Origin: an uncultured Candidatus Saccharibacteria bacterium
GTDB lineage: Bacteria > Patescibacteriota > Minisyncoccia > Phycocordibacterales > UBA12088
Direction: 5' to 3'
Assembly: GCA_964562615.1 (NCBI GenBank)
Contig: CAZLUD010000002.1
Span: 17,907 to 81,906, forward strand
Length of the DNA: 64,000 nt
The notes beneath the pieces were generated by a model. It ran no database searches. It saw nothing but the letters and a program-made list of their open reading frames with translations, and had not been told where the DNA came from. Below, piece after piece: positions 28,141 to 38,275 of this stretch. Each line of letters opens with the position of its first letter. The stretch's first letter is position 1. The position numbers and the translations under genes are program-made.

Positions 28141-29058
28141 TTATAGCCACTTTTTATACCAGAAAAATACAAAGAATGAAGCAGAGAGAATTGCCATGCC
28201 GCTGATGATTATCCAAAAGTCATGCGGACTTCCTACGATCGGGAGATTTTCTGTATTCATACCAAAGGTGCTTGAGATAAGTGAAAGGGGGAATGTGACA
28301 AATGCCATAATGGTGAGCACCTTCATTATCTCGTTTTGTTTTGTTGAAAGTAGAGAGTTGTTGGTGTCTCGTAGCTCTTTGAGCCATTCGCTGTGAGTTT
28401 CGATGTGACGGAATATTCTGTAGTAGTCATTCAGTATGATATCAATCGGTCGAGAAAAATCTTGCCCGAAAAATGTGTTACTGACGTCTTTAAGTGAAGC
28501 AAGGATATCTCGGTGCGTAGCAAGCGATTGTCTGAGGTTGAGCAAATTTCTGCCTACCACAGAAAGTTCGACGACCATCTCTTTTTCATTACCTGAAAAA
28601 ATGCTTTCTTCGATTCGTTCAATGTCATCTCGAATACTCGAAAGCTCATGTTCAATCGATTTGTACATTTTTCTTACCATAGTAAAGAAAATGTACCCCG
28701 CATGCTCACTGGTGGTGCCCTTTTCTAAAATAGAGCCTACTTCAAATACTTTTGAAAATTTATGAAGCGGATCAATGGTTTCGTATCGGTTGGTAATAAT
28801 AAAATCCTTGCCGATAACAAAATCAATTTCTTGATCGTCGTTGTTGTAGGTGTGTGTGTGCTTTAGCGCGGGGAAGTGTAGCACGAGGTAAAGGTAGTTT
28901 TCTCTGCTTTCTACAAATGGTCTTCGGGTAGGAGAGAGTAGGTCATTTGCCGTGTCGGGATGTAGCGAAAATTCGCTCATGAGTGCGCGAACCTCATCTT
29001 CCTTTGGAGACTCGACGTCTACCCATTGTAGTGATCCGTACGTGTGCTTTGTAATCAT
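28141..29058 (-). CDS. corA: Magnesium/cobalt transporter CorA
   Basis: GMN motif (FGMNTE) and two C-terminal TM helices. Confidence 0.88.
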   Translation of the reverse strand: MITKHTYGSLQWVDVESPKEDEVRALMSEFSLHPDTANDLLSPTRRPFVESRENYLYLVLHFPALKHTHTYNNDDQEIDFVIGKDFIITNRYETIDPLHKFSKVFEVGSILEKGTTSEHAGYIFFTMVRKMYKSIEHELSSIRDDIERIEESIFSGNEKEMVVELSVVGRNLLNLRQSLATHRDILASLKDVSNTFFGQDFSRPIDIILNDYYRIFRHIETHSEWLKELRDTNNSLLSTKQNEIMKVLTIMAFVTFPLSLISSTFGMNTENLPIVGSPHDFWIIISGMAILSASFFVFFWYKKWL

Positions 29059-29153
29059 TGGTATAAGTATAGCTAATACGTCACTAAATACAAAGACAAT
29101 AGCGCACCAGATGCGTTGACGTGGTGTGACAATTTTGGGATACTAAGCACACT

Positions 29154-30443
29154 ATGGAACAAGAAAACACCCCAACAAACACGCCGCAAGAGAAGACTTC
29201 ACGAACCTCATTTATCACTAAATTTGCTGAGGGTGGTATTGCATTTCTTCTTGTGGTTACGGTTGCGTTTGGCGCCGGCTTTGTCATTGGTGGAAAGCAA
29301 AGCACAACCAATGCAGAAGTGATCTACTCATTTTGGGGAGACCTTAATGAGGTACAACCTGAAGGTGTTGACTTTGGTCCCTTTTTTAAAGCGTGGAATT
29401 TGCTAAAGGATAAATACGTTCCTTCTACTGCATCAAGCACACAAGCTATCTCAGATGAGGACCTTATGTGGGGAGCGATACAAGGACTTACTGCAAGTTA
29501 TGGTGATCCATACACTGCATTCCTCCCACCGGTAGAAAACAAGCTTTTTGAAGAAGATATACAAGGATCATTTGGTGGAGTCGGTATGGAGATTGGTATA
29601 CGGGAAGAAGTACTAACGGTTATTTCTCCACTTAAAGATTCTCCTGCTGAAAAGGCCGGACTTCGTCCTGGCGATAAGATTATCGCTATTAACGGAGTTA
29701 CCACTCAAGGAATTACTATAGAAAAAGGCGTACTCAGTATTCGAGGTGAGGTAGGTACTACGGTTGTGCTTACTATCATTAGAGATGGCGGATCACCACA
29801 AGAAATTTCAGTCATTCGCGGTACCATAAGTATCCCAACACTAAAGACTCAGATGAGAAATGATGGCATATTTGAAGTCTCACTATATAGCTTTGGTGCT
29901 ACGTCTCCTGAGATGTTTAGAAATGCAATGAGGACATTTAGTGAAAGTGGAAGCAATAAGCTATTACTTGATCTAAGGGGTAACCCAGGTGGGTATCTTG
30001 AGGCTGCGGTTGATATGGCAAGCTGGTTCCTCCCGGTAGGAGAGGTGGTGGTGCAAGAACACTTTGGCGATGGCTCGGTGCCTCGCATGTACAGGTCTAA
30101 GGGTTACGATGTATTTGGTGATGATCTACAAATGGTAATACTGGTTGATCAAGGATCAGCATCAGCTTCAGAAATACTTGCAGGTGCCCTAAAAGAACAT
30201 GGTATTGCAACGCTTATTGGAGAAAAGACGTTTGGAAAGGGATCAGTACAAGAGCTCATTTCAGTCACTAACAGCACCTCAATCAAAATAACGGTTGCGC
30301 GTTGGCTGACTCCACTTGGACACTCAATATCAGAGAGCGGACTTACCCCTGATTATGTAGAAACTATTACCCCAGAAAGTCTTAAGGAGGGTAGAGATCT
30401 ACAAAAAGAGCGAGCGGTGAAGTTCCTTCTTCAAGGCTTCTAG
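29154..30443 (+). CDS. ctpA: C-terminal processing peptidase (S41) with a PDZ domain
   Basis: PDZ domain plus an S41 catalytic domain (GASASASEI...KTFGKG). Confidence 0.85.
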   Translation: MEQENTPTNTPQEKTSRTSFITKFAEGGIAFLLVVTVAFGAGFVIGGKQSTTNAEVIYSFWGDLNEVQPEGVDFGPFFKAWNLLKDKYVPSTASSTQAISDEDLMWGAIQGLTASYGDPYTAFLPPVENKLFEEDIQGSFGGVGMEIGIREEVLTVISPLKDSPAEKAGLRPGDKIIAINGVTTQGITIEKGVLSIRGEVGTTVVLTIIRDGGSPQEISVIRGTISIPTLKTQMRNDGIFEVSLYSFGATSPEMFRNAMRTFSESGSNKLLLDLRGNPGGYLEAAVDMASWFLPVGEVVVQEHFGDGSVPRMYRSKGYDVFGDDLQMVILVDQGSASASEILAGALKEHGIATLIGEKTFGKGSVQELISVTNSTSIKITVARWLTPLGHSISESGLTPDYVETITPESLKEGRDLQKERAVKFLLQGF

Positions 30444-30477
30444 TGTCTGGTGCATTATTTAACTCTATACATCTGTT

Positions 30478-30924
30478 ATGAAAGTTATTCTACTTAGAGA
30501 TATCCCAAAGATTGGAAAGAAGCATGAGGTAAAAGAAGTAAGTGAAGGGTACGCGCAGAATTTTCTCTTTCCAAAAAAATACGCAGAGGCAGCAACACCA
30601 AGCAAAGTTGCTAAGCTAGAAGAGCAAAAGATAGCCTCAAGTGCGACACAACAGCTACATCATGAATTGTTTGTAAAAACTATTACCTCGCTTGAGGGTG
30701 CGGTGGTGATGCTTGCCGCGAAGGGTAATGACAAGGGACACTTGTACGAAGGAATACACAAAGATGAAATAATTGCTGCGATTATGGAGCAAAAAGGAGT
30801 ACACCTAAGTCCAGAGCATGTGGCACTTGTGCATCCACTAAAGACTACTGGCGACCACTTAGTTGTGGTGGGTACTAAAGAGGTGTCGGCTACTGTAACA
30901 ATTAGCATACAGGAACAAAAGTAA
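30478..30924 (+). CDS. rplI: 50S ribosomal protein L9
   Basis: MKVILLRDIPKIGKKHEVKEVSEGYAQNFLFP. Confidence 0.9.
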   Translation: MKVILLRDIPKIGKKHEVKEVSEGYAQNFLFPKKYAEAATPSKVAKLEEQKIASSATQQLHHELFVKTITSLEGAVVMLAAKGNDKGHLYEGIHKDEIIAAIMEQKGVHLSPEHVALVHPLKTTGDHLVVVGTKEVSATVTISIQEQK

Positions 30925-31067
30925 AGTAGTACTTGAGCGTGTCGCTTGTGTGTGGATGACAAGTGATGCAAGCGATGAGTGATACTGAAGAATGAATGAT
31001 AGAGTAGAGTGATATATCAAAAGGGCCTCACTGTGTGAGGCCCTTTTGATTGTGTGCTACGTATAGA

Positions 31068-31340
31068 TTACGTAACGTTTATTACTTTCTTTACTTGGGT
31101 CTTTCCGTTAAAGGATGTCTTTCGTCGTGATGTGATGCTTACGACACCTTCTTTAGTAGCAAATAGAGTGTGGTCTTTGCCCATAGAAACATTTTTACCT
31201 GCTTCCATGCGAGAACCTCGCTGTCGTAGGAGCACAGCTCCTGGCCATGCCTTTTCTCCGGAATACTTCTTCACACCAAGGTATTTTGGCTTTGAATCTC
31301 TTAGGTTTTTTGCGGTTCCGCCTGCTTTTCTATGTGCCAT
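31068..31340 (-). CDS. rpmA: 50S ribosomal protein L27
   Basis: MAHRKAGGTAKNLRDSKPKYLGVK. Confidence 0.92.
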   Translation of the reverse strand: MAHRKAGGTAKNLRDSKPKYLGVKKYSGEKAWPGAVLLRQRGSRMEAGKNVSMGKDHTLFATKEGVVSITSRRKTSFNGKTQVKKVINVT

Positions 31341-31378
31341 GGTGGTTTAGTGTGCCTAAAATACTATATAATTGAAGT

Positions 31379-31738
31379 ATGAGAACTATACCAGAAATGA
31401 TAAAAATGGGCAAGCAAGCCATCAAAACACTAACTACGGGCAGTATGCTTACCTTTATATTGGTGGCGCTTGTGGCTGTAGCCTCATTCGGGCTTGGGCG
31501 ATTATCGATGCTGGATGCGTCACATACGGTATCCCTTGTTGAAATGCCCCTAACTGAGGGGCAGCCGGCGCTAGTTATGGGAGGTACATTTGTTGCCTCA
31601 AAAAAGGGTAGTGCGTACTACTTTCCGTGGTGTGCAGGCGCAGAGCGAATTACCCCTTCAAATATGGTATGGTTTACCTCAAGAGAGCAAGCAGAAAAAG
31701 CGGGGTATGCTCCTGCAAAAAATTGTAGTGGACTATAA
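31379..31738 (+). CDS. Hypothetical membrane-anchored protein with a C-terminal Ada-like YxxPWC...GYxPxKxC motif
   Basis: N-terminal TM helix. C-terminus YYFPWCAGAERITPSNMVWFTSREQAEKAGYAPAKNC. Confidence 0.45.
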   Translation: MRTIPEMIKMGKQAIKTLTTGSMLTFILVALVAVASFGLGRLSMLDASHTVSLVEMPLTEGQPALVMGGTFVASKKGSAYYFPWCAGAERITPSNMVWFTSREQAEKAGYAPAKNCSGL

Positions 31739-31756
31739 CAATAATTATCTACCAGC

Positions 31757-32347
31757 ATGATAGTACTTGATATTGAGGCGAGTGGAACAGAATACGATGT
31801 ACACTCTATTGTGTCACTTGGTGCGCTTGAGCTTGCTAATCCTAGCAACCGTTTTTATCTGGAGTGTCGAGTATGGGAAGGGGCAGATATCATGGAAGAA
31901 GCGCTAATGGTAAATGGATTTACGGTTGAACAGATAACTGACATCACCAAACCTACAGAAGAAGAATTGCTCCATGCATTTCTTGCGTGGGCAGAACCAA
32001 TAGCAGACAAAACTCTTGCTGGGCAGAATGTTTCATTTGATAGAGATTATATAAAGGCGGCATGTAAGCGTGCGGGCGTTAATTTTCCATTTGCCTACAG
32101 AACAATAGACACACACACGCTTGCCTACATGCATATGGTTACTCGAGGTATCACCCCACCTTTTGACAGGGCAAAGCACAGAACGGCGCTTAATCTAGAC
32201 GCGGTACTTAATTATGTGGGCATTGCAGATGAGCCAGAGCCACACAATGCCCTTACCGGCGCACTCTCCCACGCTGAGGTAATCTCTCGATTGCTGTACG
32301 GGAAAAAGTTACTCCCGGAGTTTTCTGGTGACGAAATTCCATTTTAG
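31757..32347 (+). CDS. DEDD-family 3'-5' exonuclease (DnaQ-like)
   Basis: Motif I LDIEASG, motif II SFDRDY, motif III HNAL. Confidence 0.75.
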   Translation: MIVLDIEASGTEYDVHSIVSLGALELANPSNRFYLECRVWEGADIMEEALMVNGFTVEQITDITKPTEEELLHAFLAWAEPIADKTLAGQNVSFDRDYIKAACKRAGVNFPFAYRTIDTHTLAYMHMVTRGITPPFDRAKHRTALNLDAVLNYVGIADEPEPHNALTGALSHAEVISRLLYGKKLLPEFSGDEIPF

Positions 32348-33754
32348 TTGCGCGACATGAGTAATCACCCAACTGTTATTGTTATATTGGGAGGAACGGG
32401 CGATCTTGCAAAGACAAAGCTCATCCCTGCATTTTTTGACCTCTTTTGTGCAGGGTATCTTCCTGATGACTTTGTTATTCTTGGCATCTCAAGAAAAATA
32501 CTTACTAATGAAGAATTCGCGCATTTGGTGAGTGAGTCAATACGAAAGAGAGTGGGGGTGAGTAACGATGATATACGTGCGTTTCTTTCTCATCTTAGAT
32601 TTTTACAGGGAGCACTTGATGTACCAACTGACTATGAACTGCTCTCTCGAGAACTGCATCGCATGGATACCACGCGTGGGGTGTGCATGAACAAGCTATT
32701 TTACCTTGCTACACAACCCATGTTGTACGCCAGTATATTTGAAAATCTCGCACATTCAGGGCTCTCTGTAGGGTGCGCTCACCATAATGAGGGGTGGGTA
32801 CGAATAGTCGTAGAAAAGCCATTTGGTAATGATCTTTCTACCGCGATACAGCTTGATGAGATGCTTGGACTACTTTTTAAAGAAGAACAAATTTTTAGAA
32901 TGGATCACTACTTGGCAAAAGAATCACTTGAAAACATTCTTGCGTTTCGCTTTGCTAATAGCTTGTTTGAACCGCTTTGGAGTAATGAGCACATAGCGCG
33001 CATTGAGGTAAAGCTACTTGAGTCAAAAGGTATAGAGGGTAGGGAAGGCTTTTTTGATGCGGTTGGGCAGCTTAAAGACGTGGGACAAAATCATGTACTA
33101 CAAATGCTTGCTGTTACCGTTATGGATAATCCGCAAGCACTTACTGCAGCGGCGGTACGTAGTGCACGTGCTCAAGTGCTTGGTTCACTTACGTACTCGG
33201 CTGACTCGTTGTTGATTAAGGGCCAATACAAGGGATACAAAAGTAATGCAGATGAGACATCATCCACCACTGATACCTACTTTAAAATTCAAGCAGAGAT
33301 AGACTCGCCGCGTTGGAGAGGTGTTCCTATTATTCTTGAATCGGGTAAGGCACTTGATAGGGACGAGGTGGCAATTGAAGTGGTATTTAAAGAGAAAGAC
33401 ACATTTCTTATTGATACAACCGATACTATATTTGTACAAAACAGAGTTATCTTTAGGATACAACCTAACCCAGCTATTATTGTGCGGTTTTGGACAAAAA
33501 AGCCTGGCTACGCAATGGACATAGCGCCACAGGATGCAGTGTTTCCGATTTTACAACAGACTACAACGCGGGTGAGAGATGCGTATGAAAAAATTTTGCT
33601 TGATGCACTTACGGGCGATCAGATGCTCTTTGCTTCTAGTAAAGAGGTACATGATGCATGGACATTTATCGCGCCGATACTAACCACTTGGAAAGATATA
33701 GCTCCTATTGAGTATGAACGGGGAGCGCATCCAGGAAGTATCACTCATTCATGA
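32348..33754 (+). CDS. zwf: Glucose-6-phosphate 1-dehydrogenase
   Basis: ILGGTGDLAKTKL NADP-binding site and the RMDHYLAKE signature. Confidence 0.9.
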   Translation: MRDMSNHPTVIVILGGTGDLAKTKLIPAFFDLFCAGYLPDDFVILGISRKILTNEEFAHLVSESIRKRVGVSNDDIRAFLSHLRFLQGALDVPTDYELLSRELHRMDTTRGVCMNKLFYLATQPMLYASIFENLAHSGLSVGCAHHNEGWVRIVVEKPFGNDLSTAIQLDEMLGLLFKEEQIFRMDHYLAKESLENILAFRFANSLFEPLWSNEHIARIEVKLLESKGIEGREGFFDAVGQLKDVGQNHVLQMLAVTVMDNPQALTAAAVRSARAQVLGSLTYSADSLLIKGQYKGYKSNADETSSTTDTYFKIQAEIDSPRWRGVPIILESGKALDRDEVAIEVVFKEKDTFLIDTTDTIFVQNRVIFRIQPNPAIIVRFWTKKPGYAMDIAPQDAVFPILQQTTTRVRDAYEKILLDALTGDQMLFASSKEVHDAWTFIAPILTTWKDIAPIEYERGAHPGSITHS

Positions 33755-34461
33755 ACAGAGTAACTAACCACGATAGTGTTGCGCTTGCTAAAGAGGCAGC
33801 ACAACTACTTGCGGCACATATACAAACACACCAATCGGGTGGTGTGCTGGTGCTTTTCTCGGGCGGCTCTGCATTATCTGTAGTAGATCATTTACCAAAA
33901 ACGGTATTTGGCGATAGGTGCACAGTATCAGTAGTGGATGAGCGATATACTCATGATACGACGCATCATAATTTTTATAATGTGATTGCACGGCTAAAGG
34001 CACATACAATTGCCGTGCCACAAACCATTGATACTACAGTACAGAAAGAAGAATCATTTGAGGAGTATGTCCAAAGAGTCGCTGCAGCGCACACACAGTG
34101 GCACGCTACACACCCTCAAGGAAAAGTAGTGGCATTGTTTGGTATAGGAGAGGATGGACACACTGCGGGTATCTTTCCTGCGGCACACACTACTTTTATT
34201 GATGCATATGAGCGTGCCGATGCAATAGTGCCGGTGCTAGAAGGCAAGGCACATGCCCCGTTTTGTGAACGAATTACCATCTCGCTGCCATATATACGCA
34301 CCATTAGTGATGCGGTTGTGTACGTGGTGGGAGAAAACAAACGCGCTGCAGTACAGCGTGTGTGTGGCAACGTAGGATCACTCGCAACAACCCCCGCGAG
34401 GGTCTTTAGAGAGCTACGTTCGGCAACGCTATGTACCAGCTCTACAACTGACATGATATAA
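33751..34461 (+). CDS. pgl: 6-phosphogluconolactonase
   Basis: LFSGGSA and GIGEDGHTAGIFP motifs. It overlaps zwf by 4 nt. Confidence 0.8.
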   Translation: MNRVTNHDSVALAKEAAQLLAAHIQTHQSGGVLVLFSGGSALSVVDHLPKTVFGDRCTVSVVDERYTHDTTHHNFYNVIARLKAHTIAVPQTIDTTVQKEESFEEYVQRVAAAHTQWHATHPQGKVVALFGIGEDGHTAGIFPAAHTTFIDAYERADAIVPVLEGKAHAPFCERITISLPYIRTISDAVVYVVGENKRAAVQRVCGNVGSLATTPARVFRELRSATLCTSSTTDMI

Positions 34462-34468
34462 TATTCGC

Positions 34469-35191
34469 ATGTCGTTTTTACGAAAGAAAACACTAGAAAA
34501 GTTTGTTGAAAAGAAACCAACACGAGGCAGTGTTTGCCGTGTGGATGATGAGTTGCTTGCTGAAGGAGACACTGAAAAGTCGTGGCGAGTGTTTAAGATA
34601 ATGTCTGAGTTTGTTTCTGGATTTGAAATACTTAAAAAGTACGGACTTGCGGCAACATTCTTTGGTACTGCGCGATGTAAAGAAGGTGACATTGACTGCA
34701 AAATGGCTCGCGACTTGGCGCACCGATTAAGTGATGATGGATTTGCCATTATCACCGGAGGAGGGGGAGGCGTGATGAGTGCCGCTAATCGTGGTGCGTA
34801 TGAGGCAGGTGGTCACTCTATTGGTCTTAATATTCAACTACCAGAAGAACAGCGAATTAACTCGTATGTGACTGATAGTAGGAGTTTCCATTACTTTTTT
34901 ATACGAAAGGTAATGCTCTCGTATGCGTCTGAGGTGTATATATTTATGCCTGGAGGATTTGGTACTCTTGATGAGTTTTTTGAAATCGTAACGCTGGTAC
35001 AAACTAAAAAAATTACCTCAATCCCGATTCTGTTGGTAGGAAAGAAGTACTGGACGCCGCTTGTTACCTGGATGCAGGAGATGCTCTATGAACAAAAAAA
35101 ATATATCAATAAAGAAGATATAGACCTTTTTCATCTTGTTGATTCGGTAGACGAGGCACATGAACTTATCAGAACACTAGTGCCACGATAA
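34469..35191 (+). CDS. LOG-family protein (TIGR00730 Rossmann-fold nucleotide-binding)
   Basis: GGGGGVMSAANRGA and PGGFGTLDEFFE motifs. Confidence 0.85.
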   Translation: MSFLRKKTLEKFVEKKPTRGSVCRVDDELLAEGDTEKSWRVFKIMSEFVSGFEILKKYGLAATFFGTARCKEGDIDCKMARDLAHRLSDDGFAIITGGGGGVMSAANRGAYEAGGHSIGLNIQLPEEQRINSYVTDSRSFHYFFIRKVMLSYASEVYIFMPGGFGTLDEFFEIVTLVQTKKITSIPILLVGKKYWTPLVTWMQEMLYEQKKYINKEDIDLFHLVDSVDEAHELIRTLVPR

Positions 35192-36117
35192 TGGATATGT
35201 CGTACACAGAATTGCTCGCTACATTTACAGAGGATGCATTGCCAGATCTCACTACTGTGACACAGGGCGCAATTGAGCTTTTTGAACAAACAGCTGTACC
35301 TATCACAGAGTCTATACCACCTAGTACGCTGGTTATTGGGAGTGGCAACGCGTTATCAGTTGGGCGAATCATTTCTCACGAAAAAGCATTTTATGCCGAC
35401 GAAACTAACTACAAGGATGTACTTGCTGACAAAAAGGGCATGATTGATAGAGTGTTGCTTATTTCTGCGTCAGGAGGCAAACACTCGATTGAGATTGCTG
35501 CGTGGGTAAAAGAAAGTGGGGTGCCGCTTGTTTTGTACACTAACACCGCAACACCACGCGCTGGAGAATATATTCCTACCGAGAACATTGTTGTATTTCC
35601 TAAAAATAGAGAGCCATATACCTATAATGTATCAACCTATCTTGGTATGATACTTGCACAGACAAAAGAGCGTGCCGGTGACCTGGGGCACCATATTGCA
35701 ACGCTACTGCCCACTCTTCCTAAAAATTTTGCGTCGTATGACTCGTTTTTCTTTTTATTGCCAGCATCGCATAGGTTAGTAGCGCCTATGCTGCTTACTA
35801 AATTTGATGAACTTTTTGGCTCGAGAGTGAGTGCGCGTGCCTTTACTATAGAGGAGGCAAAACATGCCAAGACCCTTATTTCAAACGAAAAGGAGCTGTT
35901 TATAAGCATAGGGGTACCCCATAATCCATTTGCTGAAAACACGCTTTTTATTCCTATGCCAGCATCTTCTGACTATGCCGCGTATATGTGCACTGCGTAC
36001 GCAATTATTGGCATGATACAAGCGCAACATCCACCATACTATATGGAGCATATACGTGAATACGTACGGCGTTCTTCAGAAGTGTTTGGACACGAAATAC
36101 CGGTAATTGTTACATAG
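35191..36117 (+). CDS. SIS-domain protein, possibly an archaeal-type phosphoglucose/phosphomannose isomerase
   Basis: VIGSGNALSVG...LLISASGGKHSIE resembles SIS motifs. The gene context is zwf-pgl-glucokinase. Confidence 0.45.
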   Translation: MDMSYTELLATFTEDALPDLTTVTQGAIELFEQTAVPITESIPPSTLVIGSGNALSVGRIISHEKAFYADETNYKDVLADKKGMIDRVLLISASGGKHSIEIAAWVKESGVPLVLYTNTATPRAGEYIPTENIVVFPKNREPYTYNVSTYLGMILAQTKERAGDLGHHIATLLPTLPKNFASYDSFFFLLPASHRLVAPMLLTKFDELFGSRVSARAFTIEEAKHAKTLISNEKELFISIGVPHNPFAENTLFIPMPASSDYAAYMCTAYAIIGMIQAQHPPYYMEHIREYVRRSSEVFGHEIPVIVT

Positions 36118-36119
36118 TC

Positions 36120-37022
36120 ATGTATCTTGTTTTTGATATTGGTGGTACAAAAATGCGTCTTGCGCTATCGCATGATCTTCATACATTCCATAGCGAGCCG
36201 TACATTGTAGATACGCCACAAGCATACGCGGACGCCCTTGAGTATATAGGTACATTCCTCTCTCAAAAATCAGAACATATTTCTGCCGCACCACTTCGTG
36301 TGGTGGCAGGAGGTATCGCAGGGACACTTGCTGCAGATAAGCAATCGCTAATTGATACAACAAATATTGGAGCGGATTGGGTGGGTAAGCCACTTGCACA
36401 TGATATTGCCATGATTGCAGGTGTTAATGTTGTGGACGTGTATCTTGAAAACGACTGCACTATGGTAGGGCTAGGTGAGCTTTATCACGGATCGGGAAGT
36501 GCGTATTCAAAAGAGGATACTACTATTGCTTATGTGACCGTATCAACCGGCGTCGGTAGTGCACTGTTTACCCACGGCAAGCCAGATGATACAGTGCCAT
36601 TTTTAATAAATCGAGTAGTGCTTACCGATGCGCAAACGGCATGCCCGCAGTGCACGGCGGTGGTAGGAAGAGACGCTATTGATATTGAGTCTATGATCTC
36701 TGGTACCTCGGTGGAGGCAAGAGTAGGGAAAAAGCCGTATGAAATTCCTCAGGATGATCCGTTATGGGATACGCTTTCTGGGTACCTTGCACAAGGGCTA
36801 AAAGAGCTGGTGTCTGTATGGAATCCATCAGTCATAATTCTTGGCGGCTCTATGATGGTAGGGGATCCCAAAATTTATATGAAGGACCTCACGGCGCACT
36901 TTGCTCAGGTGTGTAATGAGGGTGGTATACCAATAGCACAGCTATGCCTTGCCACGCTCGATAGCCGTGGAGGGTTGTTTGGTGGATTAGTCTATCTTGA
37001 GCAAAAAATACAGAGGGTGTAA
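36120..37022 (+). CDS. ROK/BadF-type sugar kinase (probable glucokinase)
   Basis: N-terminal FDIGGTKMR ATPase motif and an actin-fold sugar kinase architecture. Confidence 0.7.
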   Translation: MYLVFDIGGTKMRLALSHDLHTFHSEPYIVDTPQAYADALEYIGTFLSQKSEHISAAPLRVVAGGIAGTLAADKQSLIDTTNIGADWVGKPLAHDIAMIAGVNVVDVYLENDCTMVGLGELYHGSGSAYSKEDTTIAYVTVSTGVGSALFTHGKPDDTVPFLINRVVLTDAQTACPQCTAVVGRDAIDIESMISGTSVEARVGKKPYEIPQDDPLWDTLSGYLAQGLKELVSVWNPSVIILGGSMMVGDPKIYMKDLTAHFAQVCNEGGIPIAQLCLATLDSRGGLFGGLVYLEQKIQRV

Positions 37023-37212
37023 TATAGTAATACTATATATGGTACACAAAGCACAGAAAGTTCGTTGGTATGAAAACAAGCAAAACGTTGCGCTTGTTCT
37101 TGGATTCATCAGTACGATGATTACATTTCTCAATTTCTTAGTTGATATAGAATAGCCGATACTGGCTTATATAGTAGCTTTTCTGCTGTCAAGTGTTTGA
37201 AAAGGTGGGTAC

Positions 37213-37241
37213 TTGACTCAATAAGAAAACAGTTTTATAAT
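37213..37241 (+). promoter_or_regulatory. Consensus sigma70 promoter
   Basis: TTGACT, 17-nt spacer, TATAAT. Confidence 0.6.
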
Positions 37242-37318
37242 GTAAACATCTCGAGGTAACCCCCCGAGATTTTTGCTTTTTTACTCAGCTAATACATAGG
37301 CTTATAATCTTACTTCCA

Positions 37319-37708
37319 TTGTTGTTTCTCGCTATCTCGACGTTTAATCAGCCTTCAGTGCTTGCTGCACCTACGGATGTGTTTGCCACAGATGGTGATA
37401 ACGAACGGGTAGAAGAGATCACGAGAGCGTATTTTAGCGATGTGCCAGTAATGGCAGAAATAGCGTGGTGTGAATCTAAGTTTAAGCAGTTTGATGAGCG
37501 TGATGGTGGTGTAGAGCGCGGTGACGTCACGAGTGAAGACGTGGGAGTTATGCAAGTTAACGAGTACTTCCACAAAGACGTTGCTGACTCACTTGGACTT
37601 GATCTTCATACCCTTGGTGGAAATCTTCTCTATGCTCGGTACTTATACGAGAAAGAGGGGACAAAACCTTGGAACTCATCAAAGCATTGTTGGAAAAAAA
37701 GAATCTAA
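37319..37708 (+). CDS. Secreted lysozyme-like/transglycosylase-like small protein (TTG start per the track; start uncertain)
   Basis: Signal-peptide-like N-terminus ending in AAP. WCESKF...GVMQVN resembles lysozyme-like catalytic motifs. Confidence 0.4.
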   Translation: MLFLAISTFNQPSVLAAPTDVFATDGDNERVEEITRAYFSDVPVMAEIAWCESKFKQFDERDGGVERGDVTSEDVGVMQVNEYFHKDVADSLGLDLHTLGGNLLYARYLYEKEGTKPWNSSKHCWKKRI

Positions 37709-37751
37709 CATTACACACAACACCCGTCATTATATGACGGGTGTTGTGTTG

Positions 37752-38213
37752 TTATAGGGTTATCTCATGCTCGTGCAGGTCTTTTTTATTTGCTTGTGGT
37801 GGAGGTGTGCGGCGCATAAAATAATCTGCGCTTATTCGTCCTGGCCCGTGACCTAAGAGGTAACAAAGCCCTCCGAGTATGGCAATGTTTTTTAACAAAG
37901 AGGTATCGCTAAATGAATTATGAATAAGCAATATGGTAAGGATGGTAAATAGCGCAAGTAATGATGCGCTTATATGGGTTAAAAGCCCTATCACAACAAG
38001 TGAGCCAAAGACAATCTCAATTCCTATTACGGCATAGGTGATAAGCTCAGGGTAGGGCAATGAAAGGGAAGCGACAGTGCTTACCACGCCTTCAATCATG
38101 TATAGCTTTGCGATACCTGAAAACAAAAATAGTGAGCCGATACTTACCCTTCCGATAAGGATGTATATCGTCTCGCATATACCACAGTGATAACGTGAAA
38201 ATGTACTTTGCAT
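37752..38213 (-). CDS. DoxX-family membrane protein
   Basis: 4-TM DoxX-like core (SIGSLFLFSGIAKL). Confidence 0.75.
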   Translation of the reverse strand: MQSTFSRYHCGICETIYILIGRVSIGSLFLFSGIAKLYMIEGVVSTVASLSLPYPELITYAVIGIEIVFGSLVVIGLLTHISASLLALFTILTILLIHNSFSDTSLLKNIAILGGLCYLLGHGPGRISADYFMRRTPPPQANKKDLHEHEITL

Positions 38214-38242
38214 ATATAAAGTATAGCCTATGTTGAAACGCT

Positions 38243-38269
38243 TGACACCTTATGTAGGGGGAGTAAAAT
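38243..38269 (+). promoter_or_regulatory. Sigma70-like promoter of the ncRNA candidate
   Basis: TTGACA -35, 15-nt spacer, TAAAAT -10. Confidence 0.55.
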
Positions 38270-38275
38270 AATTGT

